From: a bacterium
GTDB lineage: Bacteria > UBA8248
Length of the DNA: 64,000 bases
Direction: 5' to 3'
Assembly (NCBI GenBank): GCA_963692865.2
Contig: OY843592.1
Coordinates: 1,952,001-2,016,000 of the forward strand
Under the pieces are notes generated by a model. It worked only from the letters and a program-made list of their open reading frames with translations. It did no database searches and was not told the DNA's origin. Made by a program: the position numbers and the translations under genes. This document shows, piece by piece, positions 1-9,193 of the stretch (positions are counted from its first letter, which is position 1; every line of letters begins with the position of its first letter).

Positions 1-80
1 GGGGTCAATTTCGAGCGATGAGCGAGAAATTGCGGGCCGATGTGTTTCTCATCCATGGCTTATGCAAACGCTCGTTCCTC

Positions 81-529
81 GGGGCTGTTGAAAAACCCTG
101 TTCCGGGGTCGGGCGGACACACGGGTCCGCCCCTACGTTTCGTTTCGCAGAGGTTGGCAGGTGGCGGCTCCTCCCTCTTTGGTCGGAACCGACTCCTCGG
201 GAGCGCCCCACGCATATCATGCGACCCGTATTGTGAAGGCGAAAAGGCAGGGCCGCATGATATGTCAGACATATATGTCTGACATACGGTGAGATCCCGA
301 CCGGCCCGCAAGGGCTTTTTCAACAGCCCCTCCTCACTCGCGTTTGACCCCTGACGAGGGGGATAGGGGGGGGCGCCTTTACGGGGCGGCGCTCCGGATA
401 AGACCACCGCGCAACCCGCCGGACGCCCCCTGCGAAACAAGGCTTTTCAACGACCCCCTCAAGGGGGGAGTGAAATTCAAAAGTGTGCGCGCAACCCAAA
501 ATCGCTTCCTGGACTTTTTCAACAACCCC
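81..529. repeat. Intergenic repeat mosaic (TIR-like ends, GTAG-type palindromes, CCCTCAAGGG palindrome)
   Basis: GGGGCTGTTGAAAAA at 81-95, inverse TTTTTCAACAGCCCC at 316-330, further inverse copies at 444-457 and 515-529; GTCAGACATATATGTCTGAC palindrome near 265. Confidence 0.85.
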
Positions 530-644
530 TCCTTAATCGAGATTGATCCCGAGAATTTGCTTCCCCGCTCCGGATGGGTTACATGATGAAAAACCGGCTC
601 GGCGGTCGAGCCGGCTTCGCGTCCGTTTCATTCGGGAATCTCCG

Positions 645-1154
645 ATGGCCGTCCTGGAAATCCTCAAGTATCCGGCCCCCGCCCTTCGCCGGAAGTGCCC
701 GCCCGTCGAGCGCGTCACGGAGCGGACCGGGGAACTCGCGCGCGCGATGCTCGCCACCCTGCACGATGCGCCCGGCGTCGGCCTCGCCGCCCCCCAGGTG
801 GGGGAGAGCGTCCGGCTCATCGTGGTGGACGTCTCGGTCGGAAAAGACCCCAAGCAGGTCCATTTCCTCGTCAACCCCGAGATCGAGAGCGCGGACGGCG
901 AGCGGGTCGTGGAGGAGGCCTGCCTCTCGCTGCCGGGCGTGAGCGAGAAAATCCGCCGCCACGAGTCGGTGCGCGTGCGCGCGCTGAACCTGGAGGGCGA
1001 GGAAGTAATTCTCGACGCGCGCGAGGTTCTCGCCTTCGTCCTCCAGCATGAAATCGACCATCTGGACGGAAAACTCATCCTGGACCGCCTCAACAAGACG
1101 AAGCGCGAGCTCGTGAAGCGCCGCCTCAAGAAACAGGCCAGGGCCGCCTCTTAG
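645..1154 (+). CDS. def: Peptide deformylase
   Basis: GVGLAAPQVG, EEACLS and QHEIDHLDG motifs; ATG at 645; upstream of fmt. Confidence 0.97.
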   Translation: MAVLEILKYPAPALRRKCPPVERVTERTGELARAMLATLHDAPGVGLAAPQVGESVRLIVVDVSVGKDPKQVHFLVNPEIESADGERVVEEACLSLPGVSEKIRRHESVRVRALNLEGEEVILDAREVLAFVLQHEIDHLDGKLILDRLNKTKRELVKRRLKKQARAAS

Positions 1155-1244
1155 AAAACCCCGTTTCGCCCGTGCTATATTTTCACGGCTGGTTCTCGCG
1201 CGGTCTCAAGAGTGGTCGATGCGCGTTTTTCCCGGGAGGAATCC

Positions 1245-2192
1245 ATGCGGGCGGTCTTTTTCGGCACATCCGAATTCGCCGTGCCTGCGCTTCGGGCGCT
1301 GATCGCCTCGCCGGTCGAGGTGGCGGCCGTCTTCACGCAGCCGGACAGGCCCGCGGGCAGGGGCCGCAGGCTCACGCCGTCGCCCGTCAAGGCGTGCGCG
1401 CTCGAGGCGGGCCTTCCCGTGCTGCAGCCCGAGCGAATCCGCTCGACCGACGTCGCGGAATTCCGGCCCGACTTAGGGATAGTGGCGGCCTACGGGCAGA
1501 TATTAAGCGCAAAGCTGCTGGGCGTCCCCCGGCTGGGACTGGTGAACCTGCACCCCTCGCTTCTTCCGCGCTGGCGGGGCGCGGCGCCGATACAGCGCGC
1601 CCTCCTGGAGGGAGACGCCGAAACGGGTGTCTGCGTGATGCGGGTCACGCCCGAACTGGATGCGGGCGCGGTGCTCGCGCGGCGTTCGCTTCCCATCGGG
1701 TCGCGGGACACTTCCGCCGATCTGCACGACAAGCTGGCGGAACTCGGAGCCGGGCAGGTGGTGGCGACGCTGCTCGCGCTCGAAAGAGGCGAGGTCGCCG
1801 AAGAACCGCAGGATGAATCCCTGGTCACCTACGCCGAAAAACTCCGCAAAGATGAAGCGAAACTCGATTGGCGTCTGACCGCCGGCCGCCTCGACAGGCT
1901 GATCCGGGGCCTCAACCCCTGGCCGGTGGCGGAGACCGCCTGGCCGGACATAACCGGCGGCCCGGTGCGGATTTGGCGCGCGTGGCCGGTGGCGGAGGGC
2001 TCGGGCGGGGCGGCGGGCGAGATTCTGGGGTCTGCAGATTCGCCCGAGGGTGCGGGAATCCGCGTGGCGACGGGCGAGGGGGATCTGGTGCTCCTCGAAA
2101 TTCAGCCGCCCGGCAAGAAGAAGATGGACGGGGGCGCGTTCGCCAGGGGATATCCTTGCCGGCCCGGCCTCGTCATCGGAGAGGGCGCGTGA
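1245..2192 (+). CDS. fmt: Methionyl-tRNA formyltransferase
   Basis: MRAVFFGTSEFA start, TQPDRPAGRG, NLHPSLLPRWRGAAPIQ; GGAGG RBS. Confidence 0.97.
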   Translation: MRAVFFGTSEFAVPALRALIASPVEVAAVFTQPDRPAGRGRRLTPSPVKACALEAGLPVLQPERIRSTDVAEFRPDLGIVAAYGQILSAKLLGVPRLGLVNLHPSLLPRWRGAAPIQRALLEGDAETGVCVMRVTPELDAGAVLARRSLPIGSRDTSADLHDKLAELGAGQVVATLLALERGEVAEEPQDESLVTYAEKLRKDEAKLDWRLTAGRLDRLIRGLNPWPVAETAWPDITGGPVRIWRAWPVAEGSGGAAGEILGSADSPEGAGIRVATGEGDLVLLEIQPPGKKKMDGGAFARGYPCRPGLVIGEGA

Positions 2193-3559
2193 GCCGGAAC
2201 CTCGCGGTGAGCGGGAAAAGCGCGCGCTCCGCCGACCTCGTTCGCCGGGCGGCGCACGCCGCTCTCCTTTCTTTCGGAAAAACCCCCGTCGCGGCGGATA
2301 TTCTGGTCGAGCGGTTCGCCTCAAAGGACTTCGACGCGCGCGACCGCGCGTTTTTGCGCGAACTGGTCTATGGCGTCCTCAGGCGGCGGGGGCGTCTCGA
2401 TTTCGTTTTCGGCCATTTTCTCAAAAAACCGAAACTTGCCCCTCCCGTGCGCGAAGCGCTGCGGCTGGGCGCATATCAGCTCTTGTTCATGGATCGCGTG
2501 CCCGCGCACGGCGCGGTGGACGGCGCGGTTTCCTTGCTGGATCGCAAGAATCTGGATTGGGCGAGGGGCCTGGTGAACGCGGTGCTGCGCAAGGTGGCGG
2601 CGCATGACGTAGCGCCGCCCGATGAGATCGAGGATTACCTCACGATTTGGGAGTCCCACCCGCGTTGGCTCGTGAAGCGCTGGATGCGCGCGCTCGGCGA
2701 TGAGGAGGCGCTCAGAAGGTGCCGGGCGAACAACGAGGAGGCCCCCGTCGTGTTCCGCGTGAACACTCGGGCGTCGGACGCCCGGAGTCTGGCGGCCGAA
2801 CTTGAGAGCGAGGGCGTTGCGACGCGGCCCGGATGCGCCGACCCCGATTGTCTGGTGTTCCTGCCGGATGACAGCGCGGCAGGCGCGCGCTTCAGCGATA
2901 CGGCGGCCTGGCGCGAGGGTAAATTCATCGTCATGGACGAGAGTTCGAGCCTGGTGTCGCGCTTCGCCGGCGCCGCTCCCGGCGAGAGCGTTCTCGACGC
3001 CTGCGCGGCGCCCGGCGGGAAAACGGCCTGCCTCTCCTGGGCGGCGGGAGAGGGCGGGAGCGTCTTCGCCGGCGATACGTCGCCTCGCCGCCTCGCTCGC
3101 CTTGAGCGCAATTGTGTTAGGATTCGGGCGGACGCGCGGCTCTTGCGGATGGATGCGATGAGGCCGCCTTTTCATGAAGCATTCGACCTCGTCCTCGTGG
3201 ATGCGCCGTGCAGCGGGACCGGCGTGTTCCGGCGGCATCCCGATGCGAGGTGGCGACTGAGAGAGGAAGACCTGGGGGCGCAGGCGAAGCGGCAGAAGGC
3301 GCTCCTGCGCGGCGCGGCCTGCGCGGTGCGCCCCGGCGGCAGGCTGGTCTATTCGGTTTGCGCGAACGAGCCCGAGGAGACCGAAGAGGTGGCGGCTTCG
3401 TTTCAAGTTCCCGGCTTCGTTCCCATTCGCGGTGGAGGCGCGCTGCCCGAGTGCGCAAGGGATTTTCTTGAGCCGGACGGGAGCTTGCGGATCACGCCGG
3501 GAGACGGGCTTGACGGCTTTTTCGCCATGAGTTGGCGCAAAGAGGGCGGAAGATGCTGA
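2189..3559 (+). CDS. rsmB: 16S rRNA m5C967 methyltransferase RsmB/Sun
   Basis: NusB-like N-terminus, DACAAPGGKT, DAPCSGTG, LVYSVC; GTG start overlaps fmt stop. Confidence 0.95.
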   Translation: MSRNLAVSGKSARSADLVRRAAHAALLSFGKTPVAADILVERFASKDFDARDRAFLRELVYGVLRRRGRLDFVFGHFLKKPKLAPPVREALRLGAYQLLFMDRVPAHGAVDGAVSLLDRKNLDWARGLVNAVLRKVAAHDVAPPDEIEDYLTIWESHPRWLVKRWMRALGDEEALRRCRANNEEAPVVFRVNTRASDARSLAAELESEGVATRPGCADPDCLVFLPDDSAAGARFSDTAAWREGKFIVMDESSSLVSRFAGAAPGESVLDACAAPGGKTACLSWAAGEGGSVFAGDTSPRRLARLERNCVRIRADARLLRMDAMRPPFHEAFDLVLVDAPCSGTGVFRRHPDARWRLREEDLGAQAKRQKALLRGAACAVRPGGRLVYSVCANEPEETEEVAASFQVPGFVPIRGGGALPECARDFLEPDGSLRITPGDGLDGFFAMSWRKEGGRC

Positions 3560-4491
3560 AAGGGATATTGAAGGGCGTTTTCTGGTTTGCGCTCCTGATG
3601 GCGCTCGGCGGCGCCGGGGGCGCCGTGGGCCTCTACGTCTTCAGGGGGGGAGAGGGCGTCTTCCTGCCCCAAGTGGCGGGCCTCGACGTGGTTCGCGCGC
3701 TGGAGCTGCTTGGAGAGAAGGGGATTCCCATGCAGGTCTCCGGGCGCGAGTTCAGCAATGAAGTGTCCATGAACCACGTCGTGAGCCAGAATCCTCCGGG
3801 AGGGCGCCGGATCCGCAAGGGGAGGATCGTGTCGCTCGTTCTCAGCAACGGCCCGCGCGACGTGGCGGTGCCCGCGGTGGTGGGGGAGAACCTCAGCCGC
3901 GCGGAGTCGCTCATCCGCCTGGAGGGTCTTCGCGTCCGTCTGGTGGAGCGGTTGTACGACCCCGGTCGGCCCATCGGCCAGGTTCTGGGCGTCTGGCCGG
4001 GGGAAGGTGAAAACGTCAGGCGCGGCGAAGGCGTGGTTCTCGTCGTCAGCCAGGGCGCCCGCGAACGGGCGTACGTCATGCCCGCCCTGATCGGGGAACC
4101 CGTCAACGACGCTCTCGACAAGGTTCGCGCGCTCGGCCTGACGGTCGGGCGCGTGCGCTACGTGGACCGCCCGGGCTCGCTCAGGGGCTCCGTCGTTTCT
4201 CAACTGCCGTCCCACGGGCGGCGTGTTCTGGCGGGCCACCACGTGCACGTTGACGTGGCGCGCGGCGCGGACCAGATGGCGGGGAACTTCATCGTCCTGC
4301 GCTACCGCGTGCCGGGTGGGAAACCCCGGCGCGCGCTCCGCGTGGAACTCGAATCGGACGGCGTGACGCGCGAGGAACTCTCCCGCGAGGTGAGCGCGGG
4401 CGAGGAGATTCACCTGCTGGTGCGGGTGAAGGGCGTGGCGCGCGCGCGTATTTTCCTGGACGGCCTTCTGGTCGAAGAACAGACGCATTAG
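3553..4491 (+). CDS. Membrane-anchored PASTA-repeat protein without kinase domain
   Basis: N-terminal hydrophobic helix; three PASTA-like repeats (LPQVAG, VPAVVG, MPALIG ... VVSQNPPGG, VVSQLPSHG). Confidence 0.88.
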   Translation: MLKGILKGVFWFALLMALGGAGGAVGLYVFRGGEGVFLPQVAGLDVVRALELLGEKGIPMQVSGREFSNEVSMNHVVSQNPPGGRRIRKGRIVSLVLSNGPRDVAVPAVVGENLSRAESLIRLEGLRVRLVERLYDPGRPIGQVLGVWPGEGENVRRGEGVVLVVSQGARERAYVMPALIGEPVNDALDKVRALGLTVGRVRYVDRPGSLRGSVVSQLPSHGRRVLAGHHVHVDVARGADQMAGNFIVLRYRVPGGKPRRALRVELESDGVTREELSREVSAGEEIHLLVRVKGVARARIFLDGLLVEEQTH

Positions 4492-4504
4492 GGAAGGAAT
4501 CGAC

Positions 4505-5182
4505 ATGCCGAAGCCCGATATGGCGCCCGGCGAAATCCGGGTCGCACCCTCTTTGCTCTCGTGTTCTTTCGAGAGAATGGGCGAGGAGATAGCGGCGGTG
4601 CGCGAAGCCGGGGCGGACTGGCTGCATTTCGACGTGATGGACGGGCATTTCGTGCCGAACATATCCGTGGGGCCTCTGGGCGTCGAGGCGGCCAGGCGGG
4701 CCGCGCCGGGCATGGCGCTCGACGTGCACCTGATGATCGCGGATCCGGATCGCTACGTCGAGGCGTTCGCCGATGCGGGCGCGGACATCCTGACGGTGCA
4801 CGTGGAGGCGCCGACGCACGTCCACCGGACTCTCCAGAGCATACGCGCGCGCGGTTTGGGCGTCGGGCTGACGCTGAACCCCGGAACGCCGCTTTCGGCG
4901 GTGGAGGGCCTGCTCCCGGAGGTGGACATGGTCCTCGTCATGAGCGTCAATCCGGGCTTCGGGGGCCAGAAGTTCATACCGGCTTCGCTGGAGCGGATTC
5001 GCCGTCTGAGAGGGATGATCGAGGCGGGAGGACTGTCGGTTCTGATAGAGGTCGACGGCGGCGTCACGCCGCGCAACGCGGCGGAGATACGCGCGGCGGG
5101 CGCGGAAGTACTGGTGGCCGGTTCCGCCGTGTTCGGCGCGCAAGACTACGCCGAGGCCGTACGCGGCATCAGGGGCGGATGA
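4505..5182 (+). CDS. rpe: Ribulose-phosphate 3-epimerase
   Basis: HFDVMDGHFVPN, DVHLM, MSVNPGFGGQKF, EVDGG motifs. Confidence 0.98.
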   Translation: MPKPDMAPGEIRVAPSLLSCSFERMGEEIAAVREAGADWLHFDVMDGHFVPNISVGPLGVEAARRAAPGMALDVHLMIADPDRYVEAFADAGADILTVHVEAPTHVHRTLQSIRARGLGVGLTLNPGTPLSAVEGLLPEVDMVLVMSVNPGFGGQKFIPASLERIRRLRGMIEAGGLSVLIEVDGGVTPRNAAEIRAAGAEVLVAGSAVFGAQDYAEAVRGIRGG

Positions 5183-5192
5183 GGCTTGATTC

Positions 5193-5424
5193 GGGCTGTT
5201 GAAAAAGTCCTCATGAATGAGGGTTTGACGCATCCGATGAAAGAGCAAGAAACACTCCCCCCTTGAGGGTCGGGCTTCCCGAGGGGAAAGCCCAACGGTG
5301 AAGCCGAGCGTTTTTTGCGAAGGCTAAACCGGTGGGGGGAGATTTACTCTGTGGCATGTCCCCCCACCAACTCGCCTGCGGGCTTCGCCCTTGCCTCATC
5401 GTCGGCCTTCCCGAGGAGGAAAGA
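5193..5424. repeat. Left part of the host palindromic repeat interrupted by the IS, preceded by a TIR-like end
   Basis: GGGCTGTTGAAAAA at 5193-5206; ACTCCCCCCTTGAGGGTCGG... is similar to the reverse complement of 19617-19785. Confidence 0.85.
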
Positions 5425-5538
5425 TGGGGTAATCGGGTTGGTCTGCGAACTACCGCGTGTGGCGGATGTTCCTCTGCCTTATGATTCGAGGCGAGGCCGG
5501 GATGGTCCGGTCTCTACGCGCCCGCAGGAGGAGCAGTC

Positions 5539-6579
5539 ATGAACTACTTTGCAGGACTCGACGTGTCGTTGGAGTGGACGAGTGTGTGCGTGGTGGACGC
5601 GGAGGGCGGGATCGTCCGGGAGGCGAAGGTCGCGAGCGAACCCGCGGCCCTCGTGGCGTTCTTCACCGGACTGGCCTTCGGCGTAACGCGCATCTGCCTG
5701 GAGGCGGGGCCGCTGTCACAGTGGCTCCATGACGGTCTGGCCGAGGCCGGGTTCCCGGTGGTTTGCGCCGAGACGCGGCAACTGAAGGCGGTGCTCTCGG
5801 CGACGGTGAACAAGAGCGACCGCGACGACGCGCGCGGCATCGCCCAGTTGGTTCGCGCGAACCTGATTCGCCCGGTGCACGTGAAGACGGTGTCGAGCCA
5901 GGAAAAACGCATGCTCCTCGCCAACCGCAGGTTCATGCTGAAGCAGTTGTGCGACGCCGAGGCCCACATCCGGGGCACGCTGCGCAACTTCGGGCTGAAG
6001 ATGGGCAAGGTCACCCGTCGCGGTTTGGAGGCGCGTGTAGGGTGTCTGGTCGCGGAGCGCCCGGAGTTGGCGCGCCTGGTGGCGCCGATGCTGCGGGCTC
6101 GCTCTGCGCTGCTGGCGGAATACGTCCGGCTGCACAGGATGATGCTGGAGGCGGCGCGAGCCGATCCGGTCTGCCGGCGCCTGATGACGGTTCCCGGCGT
6201 GGGTCCGGTGACGGCGCTCACCTTCCGGGCGAGCGTCGACGTGCCATCGCGTTTTGCGCGCTCGCGCTCGGTGGGCGCGCACTTCGGGCTTGTGCCTCGC
6301 AAATGGCAATCCGGAGAGGTCGACCGCACGGGAAGCATCTCCAAATGCGGCGACGCGATGATGCGCGCGGCGCTCTACGAAGCCGCCAACGTCTTGCTCG
6401 GGCGCACGACGCGGTGGTCATGGCTGAAAGCCTGGGCGATGGGTGTGGCGAAGCGTCGCGGCAAGTCGCGCGCGAAGGTTGCGCTCGCCCGCCGGCTCGG
6501 CGTCATCATGCACCGCATGTGGATGGATGGCAGTGAGTTCCGCTGGAAGCGCGACGGCGCGGATGCTTCGGCTGCCTGA
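5539..6579 (+). CDS. IS110-family DEDD transposase/recombinase
   Basis: GLDVS, LEAG, KSDRDDA (DEDD tetrad); VPGVGPVTA; QSG serine motif; ISKCGD; KVALARRL; GGAGG RBS. Confidence 0.97.
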   Translation: MNYFAGLDVSLEWTSVCVVDAEGGIVREAKVASEPAALVAFFTGLAFGVTRICLEAGPLSQWLHDGLAEAGFPVVCAETRQLKAVLSATVNKSDRDDARGIAQLVRANLIRPVHVKTVSSQEKRMLLANRRFMLKQLCDAEAHIRGTLRNFGLKMGKVTRRGLEARVGCLVAERPELARLVAPMLRARSALLAEYVRLHRMMLEAARADPVCRRLMTVPGVGPVTALTFRASVDVPSRFARSRSVGAHFGLVPRKWQSGEVDRTGSISKCGDAMMRAALYEAANVLLGRTTRWSWLKAWAMGVAKRRGKSRAKVALARRLGVIMHRMWMDGSEFRWKRDGADASAA

Positions 6580-6639
6580 GGTCGAGACACTGAAGAAGGA
6601 GGACCACAGACAAACCCTGTAGCTTCCGCCTCGGCGGGG

Positions 6640-6816
6640 GATGCTCCCGTGGGGACGAGGGACGAAGTGAGTACGCTGTCGGCCTAGCCCCGCTGCGTCG
6701 GTGACGATGCGAGGGCGCAGGAAAGATTGTTCCACTTCGTTCTCCGATCCCATCCTGTTGACGGCCCCCGGCTCGGGAGTCGATCACGAAGAGAAGCGAG
6801 ACCCCCATGGAGCGTC
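6640..6816 (+). ncRNA. Predicted bridge RNA/seekRNA of the IS
   Basis: Closing stem 6640-6654/6803-6816; two internal-loop arms carrying matches to the target (6678-6682, 6719-6726) and to the donor junction (6749-6754, 6790-6796); boundaries approximate. Confidence 0.78.
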
Positions 6817-6893
6817 ATCTGCAGCCAAAGGCGGAACAGGTCTGACAGAACCAGGGGAGAGGAACTTGACTTGCCCTACCCGATTAGAGAAGA

Positions 6894-7464
6894 CCGACCC
6901 TCAAAGGGGGAGTGGTTCCATACTGCGTGTTAATCGGTATTGCTCGCGAGGAGGGAGTGAACCTCAAGACCATCGAGGTCGAACGCGGGCGGTGTAGGGG
7001 CCGCATATCATGCGGCCCGCCGCCGGAGGGGCGAAAAGGCCGGGCCGCATGATATGTCGGACATATATGTCTGGCCTACAAAACCGTATTCCCTGCATGA
7101 CGACCGTGGGGGCGCTTCACGAAGGCCCCCACGGGAACATCCCTTTGAGAGATCAAAGTGCCCGTCATTCCGGCGAAAGCCGGAATCCATTTTCGCCTTT
7201 GTCTTTGGCCCTTCGCTTAGACGTCCTCGTTCCCGGCCGGGGAAGATACGGACACCGCCATATGTATCCACCTTATCCGTTTCGGACTCGGGCGCGGCGC
7301 CCCCTCCCGCGAGTCGGAATCAAATGCAAAAACGAAGGTAAAAATCATAAAATGGATTCCGGCTTTCGCCGGAATGACGGTGGTTGTCCCGCATTGAGGG
7401 GGTTTTTCAACAACCCCGAGGAGGGAGCGTTCGCTGCCCTTGGCAGGGCTTTTTCAACAGCCCC
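6894..7464. repeat. Repeat mosaic: right part of the IS target repeat, GTAG doublet, inverted CGTC pair, two TIR-like ends
   Basis: 6894-7056 is nearly identical to the reverse complement of about 19450-19616; CGTCATTCCGGCGAAAGCCGGAATCCA at 7163-7189 and inverse at 7353-7379; TTTTTCAACARCCCC at 7403 and 7450. Confidence 0.9.
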
Positions 7465-7490
7465 GAGAGGGCGGCCCGCTCCATTCGCGG

Positions 7491-7520
7491 TTGACACCTT
7501 GCGCATAAAATCCTTATAAG
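7491..7520 (+). promoter_or_regulatory. Putative sigma70 promoter of the ffh operon
   Basis: TTGACA 7491-7496, 18 nt spacer, TATAAG 7515-7520. Confidence 0.5.
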
Positions 7521-7592
7521 TTTGGTTTCCTCACCCGGCGTTGCGGGTGGAAAATCGAAAACATATTGAATATCAATCAGTTGGGGTGCCCG

Positions 7593-8927
7593 ATGTTTGA
7601 CGGCTTGAAAGAGCGCCTGGGCGGAATCTTCAAGGATTTGAGAAGCCGGGGCGTTTTGGGTGAAAAAGAGGTCGATTCCGCGCTTCGCGAGATTCGCCTG
7701 GCCCTGCTCGAAGCCGACGTGAACTTCCGGGTCGCCAAGGATCTGGTGGCGAAAATCCGCGAAGATCTCCTCGGCGTCGAGCGCGTCGCGCACCTCGATC
7801 CCTCTCAACAGGTCATCAAGGCGGTCCAGGGGCGTCTCATCGAACTCATGGGGGCGAAGAACGCGCCGCTCGAGCGCGCCTCGAGCGGCGTCACCACCGT
7901 GATGCTCGTCGGTCTGCAGGGTTCGGGAAAGACGACGACGGCCGGCAAGATCGCCCTGAAATTAAAGAGCAAGGGACTGCGCGTTCTTCTCGTGCCCGCG
8001 GACGTGGCGCGGCCCGCCGCCATCGCCCAGCTCAAGCGGCTGGCCGAGCAGACGGGCGCGGAAGCGTTCGATTCAGAAGGAATGCCGGACCCCGTGGAGA
8101 TCGTCCGTCGGGCCGGCGAAAGAGCCCGGATCGAGCATTTCGATTACTGCATCGTGGACAGCGCGGGCAGGCTGCACGTCGACGACGCCCTGATGGACGA
8201 GTTGAAACGGATGAAAGAAGCGGCGCGGCCCGAGGAGGTGCTCCTGGTCGCGGACGCCATGACGGGCCAGGAAGCGGTGAACTTAGGCGCCGCGTTTTCC
8301 GAGCGCATCGGCATCACGGGCGTCGTGCTGACGAAGCTGGACGGCGACGCCAGGGGCGGCGGCGCCCTCTCGCTGCGCTCGGTGACGGGCGTGCCCGTCA
8401 AACTGGTCGGCGTGGGCGAGAAGCTCGACGCGATCGAGGAGTTTCACCCCGAGCGAATGGCTTCGCGGGTTCTGGGCATGGGAGACGTCATGTCCCTCAT
8501 CGAGAAGGCCGAGGCCGCCATCTCGGCGGATGACGCGAAGTCCATGGTGGAGTCCCTCGGCAAGGGTTCGTTCACCCTCGCGACGATGAAGGAGCAGATT
8601 CTCCAGATGCGGAAGATGGGTTCGATGGGCGACGTCTTGTCCATGATACCGGGGCTGGGAAGCCGGATGCCCGACGTGGATATCGACGAGACCGAACTCT
8701 CGCGCACGGTGGCCATCATCGATTCGATGACGCCCGCCGAGCGCGCGAAGCCCGAGATCATCAAGGGCAGCCGCAGGAAGCGCATCGCCGCCGGTAGCGG
8801 AACCCGGGTGCAGGACGTGAACCGGCTGCTCAAGCAGTTCGCGCAGACACAGAAACTGATGAGGCAATTTTCAAAGGGCGGGAAGAAAAAACAGATGCAG
8901 AGAATGCGTCAAATGCTTAATTTCTAG
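7593..8927 (+). CDS. ffh: Signal recognition particle protein
   Basis: [31 protein letters not shown]; Met-rich M domain with [11 protein letters not shown]. Confidence 0.98.
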   Translation: MFDGLKERLGGIFKDLRSRGVLGEKEVDSALREIRLALLEADVNFRVAKDLVAKIREDLLGVERVAHLDPSQQVIKAVQGRLIELMGAKNAPLERASSGVTTVMLVGLQGSGKTTTAGKIALKLKSKGLRVLLVPADVARPAAIAQLKRLAEQTGAEAFDSEGMPDPVEIVRRAGERARIEHFDYCIVDSAGRLHVDDALMDELKRMKEAARPEEVLLVADAMTGQEAVNLGAAFSERIGITGVVLTKLDGDARGGGALSLRSVTGVPVKLVGVGEKLDAIEEFHPERMASRVLGMGDVMSLIEKAEAAISADDAKSMVESLGKGSFTLATMKEQILQMRKMGSMGDVLSMIPGLGSRMPDVDIDETELSRTVAIIDSMTPAERAKPEIIKGSRRKRIAAGSGTRVQDVNRLLKQFAQTQKLMRQFSKGGKKKQMQRMRQMLNF

Positions 8928-8938
8928 GGAGACACGCT

Positions 8939-9184
8939 TTGGCCGTAAAAATCAGACTTGCCCGTGGAGGCATGAAAAAGGCGCCGCGCTACCGCGTCGT
9001 CGTGCAGGATGAGCGCATGCCGCGCGATGGACGCTTCATCGAGAGCATCGGCCGCTACGACCCGTCGGAGGACCCCGCGTTCGTCCATATCGACCTCGAG
9101 AAGGCGAAGGCCTGGATGGAGAAGGGCGCCATCCCGACCCGGACGGTCAGGAACCTTCTCGACAGGGCGGGCATCAACGATTAG
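8939..9184 (+). CDS. rpsP: 30S ribosomal protein S16
   Basis: [22 protein letters not shown]; TTG start. Confidence 0.97.
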   Translation: MAVKIRLARGGMKKAPRYRVVVQDERMPRDGRFIESIGRYDPSEDPAFVHIDLEKAKAWMEKGAIPTRTVRNLLDRAGIND

Positions 9185-9193
9185 GCAAACCCC

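Larger units (their letters stand above)
5421..6893 (+). mobile_element. IS110-family insertion sequence, IS1111-type organisation
   Basis: Ends defined by comparison with the empty repeat at 19611-19628 (minus strand); AAGA at both junctions (5421-5424, 6890-6893); sub-terminal IRs TAATCGGGTTGG 5430-5441 and CCTACCCGATTA 6875-6886; long non-coding region 3' of the transposase. Confidence 0.93.

Noticed and set aside
5-586. Short ORFs across repeat mosaics with recurring peptides (GLLKNP, FFNNP, QTYMSD, MDSGFRRND)
   Set aside because: These are translations of the DNA repeats in arbitrary frames, not a protein family.
5421-5424. AAGA at both IS ends as a DDE-type target-site duplication
   Set aside because: IS110-family enzymes recombine through a core shared by donor and target; the donor-loop match AGAGAAG supports the core being part of the element.
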